From assembly GCA_965644295.1 (NCBI GenBank), contig CBFFRP010000258.1, positions 1-64,000 of the forward strand: a stretch of 64,000 nt of DNA, in the 5' to 3' direction. Every line of letters starts with the position of its first letter. Position 1 is the stretch's first letter. This document shows positions 10,614-24,243 of this stretch, piece by piece. Origin of the DNA: Paraphysomonas bandaiensis. Its lineage: Eukaryota > Protista > Chrysophyceae. The notes below the pieces were generated by a model that saw nothing but the letters and a program-made list of their open reading frames with translations, made no database searches and was not told the origin of the DNA. Position numbers and translations under genes: made by a program.

Positions 10614-13365
10614 ATGGGCCCATCAAAACACAAGAAATTTGCTGGAAGGAAAAGCAAACCACTAAAAGAAGAAAACCCTTTCGAGAAATTTGCTAATGCA
10701 AGAAAGAAACATGATGTTATTAATCGTAGAGTGAAAGGTACCGTGAGTGCTGTGTGTTGAATGATATTACTGACCCTTTTAATGCAGGCGAGGATCGAAA
10801 TGTGGGGCGAGCTAGAGAGAAGGTGAATAAGTGTCATGGTGGCTATATATATATCAACGTATTGTATTTGACAGGCTATGGAAGTTAGAAAGAATAAATT
10901 ACTGAAAGATTTCGTTTCAAGCAAGAAAAGCAACACTTTTTATGACAAGTATGTAAAAGTATTTTGCTTTCCTCTGATGTTTTCGTAACTCTACACAGGC
11001 GGTTTGGCGAGCAAGATTCCACTCTATCTGTGGAGGAGAAAATGTTTATGAGGTTTCAGCATGAAAAAATGAAAAAAGTGAAGAACAAGTCGAAATTCAA
11101 CCTCGACGACGCAGAAACTCACGTTTTAACTCATCGTGGCCAAGCATTGGGAGATGCTGTGATAGATAGCGATTGGCATGAAATGTCAGATGATGATAAT
11201 TTAGGCAAAGAAGTTGTAAATAATCTTCATTTTGGAGGAGGGTTTGTGGAAGCGAAAAAACATTCCGGAGGAACGAAGAGTGATTCCATGCAATCTCACA
11301 GTGACATGCTGCAAGAAATCGTAATGAAGAGCAAAATGTACAAGCTCGAGAAAAAGGAGGCAAAAGATGCTCAGGAAGACCAAAGAGAAATTCTTGACAA
11401 GGCTTATTCAGAGCTCGTGAAGTCATCTATGCTTGAATTCAAGCCGACAAAAAAAGATCGCTCTGAGTTGAGTACAGGTGACGACAACGAAATAAGTGAA
11501 TATGACAGAGCACTTCGCGTGATGGCTTTCGAAAGTCGTGTACAGCCATCTGAACGTACAAAGAGCAAAGAAGAGTTAGCTCGAGAAGAGTATGAGCGAC
11601 TAGAGGCTCTTGAGAAAGAGCGTCTGCAGCGCATGAAAGCAAATGACCCTGAGAATGATGTCATCAATTCGGCCTTGTTTTCAAAGACGACCAAAAAGCG
11701 CAAGGCACCAAGTTTGAACGACGACTGTATCGAGGAGTTATACGATGCAGAAGACTCTGAGGAATACAGCGATTCGAATTTAAGCGGCAGTGATGACGAC
11801 GAAGACTCGCAAGCCAGTGAAAGTGAGGATGACAGCTGTGATGATGAGGAAAGTGATGAAGGTGAAGCTGATGATGGAAGTATCGACGAAGATGTTGAGG
11901 GTGAAATTACAGTGGATGTAAGGACATATAATGAATTGCCACCGGCTGATACAGATATGCCTTATATTATTGAGTGCCCAGTTGATATATCTGAGTTCGA
12001 CAACCTCGTCAAAGAGTATGTTCGCTCTGTATCTGATTTATCTGAGCTTGTCAGTCGCATTATGTCATGTCATAGCATTCATATATCTACCGCTGTTCAA
12101 TCGTCGAACAAAGAAAAGTTGTCTGGGTTTCTTCAAATTTTAGTTACATATTTCATTCGGTTAGGTGACTCGTTGGCTCGATGTCATGACTGTGAGAAGC
12201 TGTCATATATTAGTAGTGAGGTACGCCATTGCTTGAATACTTTTACTGAGTAATTCCTTTTGTGTAGTTGGATAGTATAGCGTCCGCAATATTTAAACTG
12301 GCAGCAGATTTACCAGATGTATTCCGACTTCATATGGTAAAGTTGATAATGAGTATGCGAGATAACACAACAAAGGATCTGGGACAGGTATCCGCTAACA
12401 AACAGGCGAAATGTTGGCCATCGTTGGGTCAAATTCTCTGGATCCAACAGCTAGGTTTATTGTATTCAGCCTCTGACTATCGACATGGAATAATTGGACC
12501 CGTGTTACTATTTTCATGTCAGAATTTAATGTGGTGTCCTCTAAGAAACCTCTCAGATCTTGCGTCGGGATTGCTACTCTGCTCTGTTATTTTAGATATG
12601 ACTTCTGTAACAGACAAGGCCATTCCGGAAGTAGTAAGTTTCATGACAAGAGCCTTGGGAAGCTTACTAGATAGTGATTGTCAGTCACTGAAACCGATTC
12701 TTCAAGCAGAATCATCGACTAAACTTGATATCAGTGGTCGATATCCTCTCTCGTGGAGTGCGTTTTCCTTGGGGAGCACCGCAAGTGACACCGGCGTTGC
12801 ATCGGGGGTGGTGTTTACTGTGCTTTCTATTTTAAATTTTTTGGCGCTAAAGGCTTCATTTAAGCACTCGACGGAATTATACTACTATCTTCATCGTGTT
12901 GCTAGGCGTTGTCCATTCGATAGTTTATTTCCTCAACTTCAGAGTGCGTTTATAGATGAAGATTTAGATTGTCTTGCGCGATCTCGTGAACCACTGCAGT
13001 GGAGGAAGCAGCATAAGACTGTTATGTCTACATTGAATCCAGCGTTCCAGGTTGATTACAATATGAAAAAAGTGGACACGAAAAATCAGGACAAGGCCAA
13101 GTTGAAAACACTTACTAAGCAGTTAAAGAGAGAGCAGAAGGCTTCAATGAGAGAGTTGCGTCGAGACGCGGAGTTCTTAGACCAGCAAAACTTTACGGAG
13201 AAAAATGCATACGCTACTGCCAAAAAAGAAGAAAGGGCTCGTAATTACGCATGGCTGGAGCAGGAGCAAGCCACTTTTAACCAGCAAGTTAGACTTGGAA
13301 AGGGGTCATTGAAAGGCGGAGGGACTGGAGGTGCTCCGAAACGTAAGCGTGAAAAAAGAAAGTAA
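10614..13365 (+). CDS. NOP14: Nucleolar protein 14 (SSU processome), 5 exons
   Basis: NPFE..RKKHDVINR, RFGE, LTHRGQAL, HFGGG, EIVMKSK, ERTKS.EE, SDYRH and KASMRELRRDA motifs. Short introns join the exons. Confidence 0.92.
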
Positions 13366-13935
13366 TCTAAAAGGAGTATTTTAGATTATTTGACATGTTT
13401 GAGAAAGCTATCTCTTTTATAGCATAATATATAATATTATAAACTCTAGTTTTGGCGTTTTCATTTTAGAAGTATTAACACGAAAACGACTCTAAGTATA
13501 AAGTACGATATATAAATGAATCCAGGTAAAGGCTATTAAGCACAAACTATACAACTACCAGCCAAAGTCCATAAAAATGAAATTCGTATCTGATTCGTAG
13601 TTGCTAATATTAAAAGACAACCATGATGTATTCTAAGATAGAAGACTCTTTGACCAAAAGAGAAAAATCTGGCCATATATACTTTTGTGTTTGTGTGTGA
13701 GCGTAAGCACATATATCCATATAGAATTTTGATATGTTTTTGAAGCATGTTGAATTGAATCAACATAAAAGATGTAGGGTCACAACGAAAGTATGACCTT
13801 TCGAAATTAATAGGACCCTCATTGTTAAGTAGCAAAATTGTAGAGTGCTATTCCCAATATTAGATGAAAATACTTTAGAGCTTTAGAGGTGATTAAATAT
13901 ACTGGAAATCATTGTGGATCATATATTATGACATA

Positions 13936-15202
13936 TAGCAATAGGCGTTAGAAACCTGTACCAATATAGTGGCTAGTTGAATGCTAGACATACTAGTTAG
14001 ACCTCTACCCATAACTAGTCCGTACAAATTCCAGTATCCTACTATTTAACGCTACAGAAGCTGCTTGTGCGCCGCCGCAAGCACCAAGGTGCAACCACTT
14101 CCGTTCTTAAAGTTGTTTGTGAGTTTTGCCCTGCTCGTGTGTCTTTGGACTCACTGGCGCGTGTTGTAAGGGGGTCTCCCCTTGGGATGCGGTTCCACCA
14201 GGATCTGTGGTACAGGGTTCTGCATTAAGGTCCGTAGTGTACCGAGCACTAGTAGATGTGCGTGCTGAGAGGTGAGTGATGTGGTGGAAGGTGGCGTTGT
14301 CTCCATGCATCGTTTGGGCGTCAGGCATAGATGGAGTTGCCGGAGACGGCGTCTTTGTCTAGGACTTGATGGTTTCATGCTGTCCGGTGTGCTTTATTCC
14401 TGCGTGAATGAGAGGTGGGGTTCGTGTTTGCGGTGGATGGTATTCCAGTCTCGGTTCGTCTTTGTTGGACTCCTAGTAATCGTAGCACCCTTGGGCGCTT
14501 CCATTTCTGTTTATGTTTTGGACGCGGTCGCGGGAGTAGCCTAGGGGTCCTTTGTATGAGAGGTAATGTATCGTCGACTTCGATCCTGGATCATTAGATT
14601 TGCTGCAGCGAAAAGCGGTAGTAGAAGCAAGCTGATGACCGCTGTTTCAATGTCAAGGGCTCATGGATGTGATCTCCAAAAATCGTCTCGAGTTGTGCAG
14701 TGGTGATGGTACCTGTCCAGAATCTCTCCACCTGTGGCACAGAGGGGTTCCATGCCCTACTGGATAGTCTCTGTAGCGCAGTGGTGGTCCAGTGGGGTAG
14801 GACCGGATTTTTCAGTACCTTTTTTAAGCGCGTTTTTGTGGCTGTGAAATGCCGATTCCCTTATTTGAGTGATGGCGTCATTTGTGCAGTCTAGGCACAT
14901 GTGCTTGAGGGAGTCTAGTCTGAATCCGCAGTTAGAACAGACGGCTTTGGTCAGGTCTAGTCCGTGCTTAGTTTAGCCCGGTTTCTTCCTATGCTGAAGG
15001 ATTTGTCCCATGTCAATGCTGCATTGAGCACTCGTTGGCGTAGGTGATGTACCACAGAAGCATTCAGCTATGAGAGGGCAGAACAACATCTGCTGACTAT
15101 TATATATTATATATGCTGCTCACGTTAGTTTCCCGGAGAAATGCCTCCGGTACTTATCCCCCAGAAAACCACGAAATTGTGAGAGTCTGACTTTGTTGAG
15201 AG
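13936..15202 (-). mobile_element. Internally deleted non-LTR retrotransposon (longer member of the ribozyme-headed family): 5' UTR, decayed ORF2 C-terminus, 3' UTR
   Basis: Both ends match the short copies. The interior encodes a frameshifted ...TWDKSFSIGRNRAK / CSNCGFRLDSLKHMCLDC (C-x2-C-x8-H-x4-C zinc knuckle, 14886-14939), typical of LINE ORF2 C-termini. Confidence 0.75.
15115..15202 (-). ncRNA. HDV-like ribozyme fold, copy C (P3 partly degraded)
   Basis: CUCUCAAC...AUUUCGU GGU UUUCUGGGGG AUAAGUA CCGGAG-GCAUUU-CUCCGG GAAA CUAA C GUGAG, with a perfect 6-bp P4. Confidence 0.55.
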
Positions 15203-15648
15203 TTTAACAAGATGTAACTGTCATATGGCATATAAAAGTTCTATAGTTAGCTTGCAATTATTTATTTTGAACTGAATTTTATGCTACTGCGAAGTTGGTA
15301 GAAATTCAGCATCAATGTTGTCCACATATAAAGCACTTACCCAAATTGGCCTCCGGAACGTATGTAGACCAGACGCAAGAGAAACATACTATTTATCGTC
15401 ATAGCACGAATTCAGGTTTTCCCAATAACAAGGTAGAATCTAAAATATCACTTCGATATTTAGTTATATCAATAGTAACGACACTGATTATATCATTATT
15501 TCCTATTTACTTCGACGTACTACGAGTACTATCTCATGATATCATTCACTTTCTCCACAATATTCACACTGAGTATTATAGTTCACGTGCAATTACAATA
15601 ATTACTGTATGGGATGGTGAGCAGCGTACACTACTCCGACGTCAACAT

Positions 15649-18600
15649 TCACTTGTTTTTTTCAAGGTCTGGACTACTGGTAAACCTTTTTCCTGTAGAA
15701 GTAGAATTATCGAAACTTGATTGGCTATATTTTACACTTTGGCTGATATGGTCATCCGTATTTTTGGGACTTGGCTGGCAATGTCGCCCATCAACCTCAT
15801 TCTCTTCTTGCTGCGATTCGTTAGTAAGGTCCGCAGAATGATCCATTTCTCCTACCGATTCCAGCACGGAATCGGACTCGTGGAACTTTCGCTTTGACTC
15901 CTCCTCCTCTGTGGCACAATATTAACTAACAAAACCGCATAGTTTCATTCATACCTCGCTTTCTCTTAATATTTATCACTAACCGCTTGACTTGAACCTC
16001 AATGCGACGAGCAGCATACAGATGCGCCATAGTGTATTCTTTTTCTGGAGGTAGTGTAGCACTCAATATTCCAGTGCGCTTCTTACTTTTCCGCTCCTCG
16101 ACTCCATCCCACCCATGCTTCGAGCTCAAACTCGCATACGGAAGGGAGCCAAACATGCCGCCCTTGTTTTCAGAAGCCTAAATGGTACGGCAAATATCAA
16201 TATAAACACAATTATATCACTGTAACTTACTCTTCTAATAGCCTCTGTGCTGAGGGCAGACAACACATCTTTGAAGTGGACTCGTTTACCACTAAATATA
16301 TGAAGGTTGAGACGGGATATCCTAGCCATCAGCTCTTTATGAGTGGCAATATGTTCTCCAAATCCTAAAGGGGTAAATAGAGTCTGAACGAAGTCTTCTA
16401 GCTGCTCTACTGTTATATAACACGTGGCATTCGGGTCGTAGATCGACCAGTGGTCGGCAAACCGGATAAAATCTTCTGGCTTGACTGCCTTCCCACTATC
16501 ATCGGCACTTGAGAACCCCTCTAAGATAACTCCAATAAAGAGATTCAGAAATACAAATGTAATTATCACTGTGAAAGATAACATGTAAGGATATATTGCT
16601 ATGCTTCCACATCCATTCAGCGGTTCGCATCCTGTCCTGTCGTTAAAACCGCATTTCTGTGAGTCATAGTCCGGGTCATCTTCGCACCCAGGCATCCGTC
16701 GAGCCGCATCATAAAGGAAACCATTCCAGTTCTCTCCAGTGGAGAAACGAAGTAACGATATCATCGCAATACCAAAATCTCTGAAGTTTGCATGCTCATT
16801 GTACTCATCGTTGAATTGGACCTTTGCAAACAACTGCACTCCCATCACTGCATAAATGAAGAAGAGGAGAGTTAAAAGCGCCGCGATGTTTCCGAGGCCA
16901 GGTAAGGTGAGAAGGAGCGTATTGAATAATTGGTTTATGCTTTCTGTACCATTCATCAAGCGTAGTAACCGTGCAATTCGAAAAGTTCGAAGAATAGTAA
17001 CAGTCAACCCGATATTTGACCCGGAAACCCATAAAAATACCAATCCCACATCTGTTCCGACGACAACAAGGAGATCGAAACGATTCCATGAGTCCGTAAA
17101 GTACCTTTGCTTCAAGGAAGATATCTTAATGACAGCTTCGATTGTGAAAATAATAGCAAAAATTGTGTTCATTGTTTCAAGGAATCGTCCATACACTTCA
17201 CTCTGTCCGAAATGCTCCATGCCCATAATGATAGTGTTGGCAATAATGGAGTACATAATGAACCATTCAAACCATGGGTGGAAACATATGTCGAAAAGCA
17301 TACCGGCAAAAAACTCCTCCGGTCGCATTTGTTTCTTAGTGGGGCGTAATCTTCGAGCAATCTCTTGCGTTTTAATCCACTCTTGTTGCTCTGGGGTAAG
17401 AAAAGCTAAATTTCCATCAACTTTGGCCTTCATTTTATTGAAGTTGTCGATAACGACACCAACAAATAAATTTAAAGCCAAATAAGAGCCAATCATCATA
17501 AAAAATATGCTAAAATATATCCACTCTACTTGGTTATCTCGAATAGGTTGCATATCAATTCCCGCCGAATCCACAAGGCTGTACATGATATCCACCCATC
17601 CCTCCGTGGTGCTCATCTGAAAGAACGCTAACAAAGCGACACCTACGTTATCGAAACTCTGATCGATAATGAAGTCCCAGTCCCCACCCCAACAGCGACA
17701 TAGCATTTTCGAGGTAATATCTCCTGTGAGCGGGTAATCCGAGCAACACGGTTCATTCGGGAAGTCGTAACGGCTGCAATCCATATTCGCAACTGTGCTG
17801 TTTGGACCAAACCACGACGCTTGTTCCTCTGTAAGCTTCTCCCAGGCCTTAGGGTACGTCAGCAACTTCTCGACCTCGCTATTTTGGCTGATAGAGTTGT
17901 CATACACATCGCCTTGGCAAGACCGCATCATACCCTTGAAATAGTTCACACCAAATATAGAAAATATGAGAAAAAACAAGAAACAAAAGGCAACAACGTT
18001 CATGACATCTGGAATTGAGGCGAACATGGCATTAACAACAATTTTAAGACCGGGAGCACGGTTGATAACACGGAGAGGACGTAAACCGCGTAGCGCACGA
18101 AGAGAACGCAAGGCAGTGAGCTGGGAGTTCGAATTAGAGAAGGTGCCAATGAGAGATATGACTACAACTATAAAGTCTAACACGTTCCATGACGTGCGCA
18201 GATATGCACCATCACCCAAAATGAACCCAAGTGCAATCACTTTGATTACCATCTCCGCAGTGAATATCATAGTGAGCGTGATATCAAGCACACTGAGGAC
18301 CCTCGCCAGATTGGACTCAGGGTTGAGCAAAGGATTATCAACAGCAAGCACAATAGAGGATATAATGATAAGTACCAATATCACTTGATCGAAACGCTTG
18401 TCCGCCACGACATGAGCACAGCATCTTCGAACTATGTTCGTAGGGCCGAATATGCCCAGCGTTCGCTCAGGATGAAGGGGGAAAATGGTTTCGGTCGCTG
18501 CAACAGACACTGGACCAATATCGCTGTTTTCGTCGTCGTCTTTCATTTCTCCCTGCGATTTGAGTAACACATTACTCGCCGAATCAATTTCCGACTTCGT

Positions 18601-21087
18601 TGTTTCACTGGCATGTTTCCCAGGGCTAGCTTTTCCGACTGCACCCGATACTGACCCGTCAGCATTTACTTCGGTGTCTACTGGTATTACTGCGCTGACC
18701 TTCACTTTTGTCATTTGAACTTTTTTCTTTTCCTGTTTAGCCTTTTTGTCGGCAATGAAGCGAGCAGTGGATCTTGGGGACAGGTCTGGCATAGGTTCGT
18801 CATCAGAATCCACACTTGGAACTTGCTCAAATTCTTCATCCTCATCGTCACTCGCAAAGTTCCCAAGCAGAATTGCCAAAAACAAATTCATGAAAATGTA
18901 ATTGCCGAATATGATTAACGTGCAAGTGTAAATAACCGATGCCGACCCAAGACTACGTCGACAATCATACATGATCCCATTCCAATCTTCTGTCGTCAAG
19001 ACTTGGAACACAGTCGCAAACGAGTGCGTGAAGTCATCAAAATTCGAACGTGACCAATCGGGAGCATGTTTCCAGGCATGCGAATTTATGTCCTCAATGG
19101 CGTAGCCCTCCTCATCAAAACGAAACCTATTTGCGAAAAACTGCATTCCAACTAGAGTATATATGTATAGGAAAAGGAACAACAGCAGGCCAAAGTTACC
19201 GAGATCAAACACTGTTTTAATCACTTTTCCAAGTAGCTTTTTCATAGACTTCCACTTCGCCACTAGCTTGAATATACGAAAGAGTCTAAAACTTCTCATT
19301 GCAGAAATCGCACCACCACCATACGACTCACTTCCGCCAAAAAATAAAGGTGGTGCAGCCACAAGTTCCACGAATGATACGATAACGATAACCGCATCGA
19401 ATACGTTGGATGGATCCTTTACATAATCGAATAATCCTAGCGCAATGAGCTTCAGAATCATTTCAACAGTAAAAACCAGGGCCAACAGAAAGTTAATTGC
19501 ATCTAATGTATTACCAAAGTCATCATTAATCGGATAGTGGTCCAGGGCTAGAGAAATAGTGTTGAGTATGATGAGTCCTATGACAGTGCTGGAGAATGTC
19601 GAGGATTCGACAAATGATCTAAGCTGCGATCGGCGCTCCATCCACTCATCTGAGAGAGGGATATCGTACGGAAATACTCTGTCTATTACTTTCTTAAGAA
19701 GTGCCTCGCCTGTCTTTGCTGCCTTCACATCAGACTTCGTTTGCGTGAAGTTGTCCTCCAACACAGCGAGAAGTAGATTTAGTACAAAGAAAGCACCGAA
19801 AAGGACGAGTATGATGAATATGACAGCTCCAAGATACACATTGATTGCATCCTGTGTAAAGTACATGATAGTAACCCAACCTTCCAACGTAATTGCTTGA
19901 AAGATAGTTAAACATGCGCTCCCGATGTCATCAAAGTGAGTGTATCCCCAGTTCAAGTCGCGGATGTACGTAGGCTCCGCCATGATCTTTGAATCTCTGA
20001 ATCGAGCGTTTCCTTTGGCATCATAATTGGACCCACACCATCGCCACTCAGACCGAGGGATGATAGATGTGCCATGGGGGCACTTGTGATAACCATCGTC
20101 CGAAAAACTGCACAACCTTGTGTCCTCATAATCCAAAGGCCAGTAGCAATCTCTAGCCGTTGCCCACGGAGATTGCCCCTTCTTCCATTCTTCGTCCTTC
20201 AGCTCGTTGAAGTTTGGCTCATCAAGACACCGGTACGCAGCATAATCGTCCGTACCCGGGGTATATGAGAGGTTCACTGGATAGGGGGTCAACCTACATC
20301 TGGCGTGGAGGTAGGGCCCGGAAAACATTTGCATGCCAGCGATACCGAACAGTACGAATACAAAGAACAACAGCACCAACACACCAACAAGCTGAGGAAT
20401 AGAGTTCAGGATAGATACCACCAAGCTTTGAAGACCTAGCAAGAATTGTTACTCAAGCATAGATAGTGCATTTGTGATATAATAGACCTGGGTTGGAAGA
20501 TATACTCTTGAGAGGTCGGAGAACACGAAATGTCCTTAATACAGATATATTTGGTATCCCAGGAATATATGACATCCAACTACGTATCAAATTAATTCAG
20601 CTAGGGGGAAAATTTAGTGCTTACCCAGTCACCACAACTACAAAGTCTAACCAGTTCCACCTATCATGTAAATAACCTTTCTTCCCGAAAAAACCCATTC
20701 CAAATACTTTCAGCACGCACTCTATCGTGAATACGATCGTAAATAAAAGTTCTGTCTCATCAATTAATGTATTTCGCCATGACCCTTCTGCCACAAGATC
20801 TCCCTTACTATCGACATTGGAGTAGTCAGACATCCCCAGCAGGAGGGAATTCAAGGCTATCATGGTTAATATAAATCGATCGAAGAACTTATGCGTTATG
20901 ACTTTAATCGCGCCTTTACGGGCAGGATGGTCAAGAGGAAAATAAAGGAGAGAAATATCTTCAAACTAAATACAATAATGCAAAGAAATTGATATCAGAA
21001 ACATAAGAGTTGTTGAGATATAATTCGTTTTACCGATTTCGATTCCTCTCCTTCCCTCTTCATCACATCTTTTTCAGAGCCGCCCAT
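15649..21087 (-). CDS. Four-domain voltage-gated cation channel alpha subunit, Cav-like with EEEE selectivity filter
   Basis: Four S1-S6 repeats with Arg-rich S4 (e.g. LRSLRALRGLRPLR). Pore loops TLEGW, TTEDW, TTEGW, TGENW. C-terminal EF-hand-like (WSIYDPNATCYI) and IQ-like segments. Short introns at both ends. Confidence 0.93.
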
Positions 21088-21596
21088 TTGACTCGTCCAA
21101 AGCAACTAACAATTAAATACAATAGGTCAGAATAAAGTAATTCATGCTAACCATATAATTATTAATGTCCTCCAGATACTACAATGTTACTATTGAATTG
21201 CTTATTATAGCGGAATGAGTAACGCCAAAATTGAGTCTCTAACATGTGGGATTGCCGTAGTTCGATATATCATAAAACGCCTACAATGAACTGAAAAAAA
21301 TATAAAAGAGGTAAAACGATAGACACATAGAAACTGGTCTCGAAGAGGTTGGTTAACCTTCAACCGACAGTCGCAATTTTCAGTTTATACTTTCGAATGT
21401 CAGTAGGTCGGTGTGTGTGAGATATCGTTTTTGTGAAACTGAAACTGCTACGATCATTTCTATTACGGATACATCCATACATAACAACACACATCACTTG
21501 CTTTACACTCACTGGTGTGTTTTCGTATCAACAGCAGTACAAACAAATATTGAGATACTGTCGTGAATATTTATCTCTGACCGTATAATTCTCTGA

Positions 21597-21962
21597 ATGG
21601 AAGGGTATCAAGACGACGCAGCTGAATTTTCCGTGGAGGACGTGGAGGGAATTGTTCGAACAGCGATTCATAATTCCTTGAATGAGCATTCGTACAACCC
21701 GAAAAAGGTCAATGAATGGACAAATCTGATAGTCACGAATTGCCTCAAGGATTTACAGCAGTTAAACCGGCCTTTTAAATATGTGATTACTTGTGTGATT
21801 ATGCAGAAGAATGGGGCGGGGCTATGCACCTCGTCGAGTATGTTTTGGGACACCAATGATGGTCTATGCAAGGTTCCGTGGCAGAATCTCACAATGCATT
21901 GCATTGTTACTGTCTACGGAGTGTCAGTCAACATTGATGATTCTCAAGATATAGATATGTAG
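21597..21962 (+). CDS. DYNLT1: Dynein light chain Tctex-type 1
   Basis: YNPKKVNEW, PFKYVITCVIMQKNGAGL, WDTNDG and CIVTVYG are hallmark Tctex-1 motifs. Confidence 0.93.
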   Translation: MEGYQDDAAEFSVEDVEGIVRTAIHNSLNEHSYNPKKVNEWTNLIVTNCLKDLQQLNRPFKYVITCVIMQKNGAGLCTSSSMFWDTNDGLCKVPWQNLTMHCIVTVYGVSVNIDDSQDIDM

Positions 21963-22249
21963 TTTGCTTGTAATGTAGTTATTGTATTCGTGCAAGGGTA
22001 TGTGAGAGAGTCAGTGAAATTTCGAAGGAGGGATACTGTTAATTATTATAAGTTTACATAAGTGTACTCCATTAAGTAAAACCTTAGGCCTTAATATTAC
22101 TGCTCAGCATTTGGCATCAAATAAGTAACTGTGTTGGTAGCAGACCGAGAAAATAGACTATGTTCGATGCTGCAGTTCAGCAAGGTAATATCCAACTGCC
22201 TCATTCCCACAGTGTGGCCATAGTGTAAGCTTGCTGGTACGCCACTTAT

Positions 22250-23830
22250 AACACCATGAATTTTGCTGATTCGATGCAGTCACTTATCCGTCGACCCGTT
22301 CACAATATTATATGACTATAGCGATAGCACGTACTGTATGAGCCACCCCACTGCCCCATCCTTGTTCGCCTTCATAAACGTTATATGGGGTTTCTCATGA
22401 TTATGAATGACTTATGTAACTAATACGCGCAAAATCTAGCAAGACCACGTTCACCTTCCCATATTCTTACTAAGATACATGGAGCTTCTCGTGACGACTA
22501 TGCATATATGCATGACGCCGTTTATTGTAGTGGCCTGGTATGGTCTTTGCTGAGGAGCCCCATTCTCTTCTTAAAAGGACGGGGTGTCTTGTAATCATGT
22601 ATGGACTATGCAAGTATAGTGTAGATCTAGCTGGTGCCACACAAAAAGAATACGCCGAGATGTAAAAAAGTATTAATGTATTGCTTAGTTTAATCAACAC
22701 TAGCATTTTACTGGATACTAGATAATAGGGCACGCCCTCGGAATGGGGCACCAACCAGTTTAAATTCTGGTATAGATGCAACACATCTCATAGTTACATA
22801 TTTATTTTAGCGATTCAATGTGGCAATTCTACCTCTAGTTGCGTTCTCACTCCACGCGAGGAATGTGGAAGTAAGTAGCTATACACCACAACTACAGTAC
22901 TGTTAATTTTCATTAAAGACACATTATCCAAACTACTGGTAAAGAAAGGGGTTACGCATATTAAATGAGGCAGATCTTGCAGAATACAACGCAGCAAGTA
23001 GTTTGGCCATATATACACGAAGCATACATTGGTGCATCACGCTTTACTGCCACTCTAATTCATCACCAGACCATTGTTCCCAATACTATATTTTATAGGT
23101 TCATATTTTTACCTACTCTTCTGACTGAATCAGTGAACTAGGTCCTGCGTGAGCCCAGTATACGATGTATACTACTCTCCAAAACCCTCATTACGCGTAC
23201 CCCAAACCATAATTATCCTCCACTACGGCAATAAACTGAGCTTCATTTATTCAGATTTCTTATGTTGTTTGTCATATCTGTCAAGTAACTACACATTAAA
23301 GTTTAAATATCGGTCATCGTCACCACGTACTATATGCAAAGGCTATAGCTGGCTATATCTCACTGCAAATCAATACCAGAGTATAATATATTAGAACTAT
23401 GGTGAACTGAACAGTAGTGTCGTCATATCCGGTGTTATATCCATAGCTGCATTACATAATTTCATATTGTCATTAGAAAAACACATCAAGAGCTGTAAAA
23501 TACGCAACTAATGAGAAGTACGGTTCAGGGAATCCAGCCATTTAAACACTCAAAGGGCACAAAACAAGTAGACTCATGCCCCCTTCAGTATACGAATGGA
23601 CACAGCGAATAATACGAGATTAATTCGGTGTCCGGCAGCATCATGAGCTTGTTATATTTCATGCCTTTAACAGTACACTTGGGGGAGTGTGAGTAATAGG
23701 AATGCGTGATGCATTTTATGCCCTCAGGGCTGTCACTGATATACTGATATATCTCCCACTCAGCAGATATTCTCAATTAAGCCCTAAAGATCTAGCATCA
23801 AGTAGAGAACAAGGGAGGCTACATCCACCT
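22250..23830 (+). pseudogene. Heavily decayed Ty1/copia LTR-retrotransposon pol remnant
   Basis: Ordered degenerate motifs: ADS-CSH (protease), DDY and RNGAP (integrase-like), RTICKGYS (cf. RLVAKGYSQ), VISIAALHNF (RT), and ADILN*AL (cf. ADILTKAL, RNase H). Many stops and frameshifts. Confidence 0.5.
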
Positions 23831-24243
23831 AAAATCGAAGAGGATACTCTTCACGTACACACAGGTGTCCGAGCACCAGCTCTCCTTGGACGAGGGAGGT
23901 CAGTGCAGCTACGAAGCTAGTTGCACGCACAGTACAAAGTAACCGTAGGTGATTGAGATCTTTTGTATTCCCTATGGTATTCCATATTCCGTATTTCTAG
24001 ATGTATATGAATAGAGAGGATACAGCCACTTGACTGTATGGTGCCGTATGCGGTATGATACAGCAGAATATATGGTGTTCCTCATATCTTTGTGAAGTCA
24101 AATCAAAATCGAAGTTCAAAGTGAGCAACGTCAGTGAATTTTCAAATTAGATCTACAACTACAGCCTGTATGTTGTTACATGTCGAATTGGAAATGTCTG
24201 TAGCTATTGTTTTGTGCAGTGGAACGGGTATTATTAGCGTACA

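Noticed and set aside
15295-15720. 141-aa plus-strand ORF
   Set aside because: Non-ATG start, AT-rich intergenic composition, and overlap with the channel 3' end; likely spurious.
16856-20402. Numerous plus-strand ORFs up to 209 aa
   Set aside because: These are antisense shadows of the channel CDS with no independent motifs. The same applies to ORFs overlapping the other long genes.
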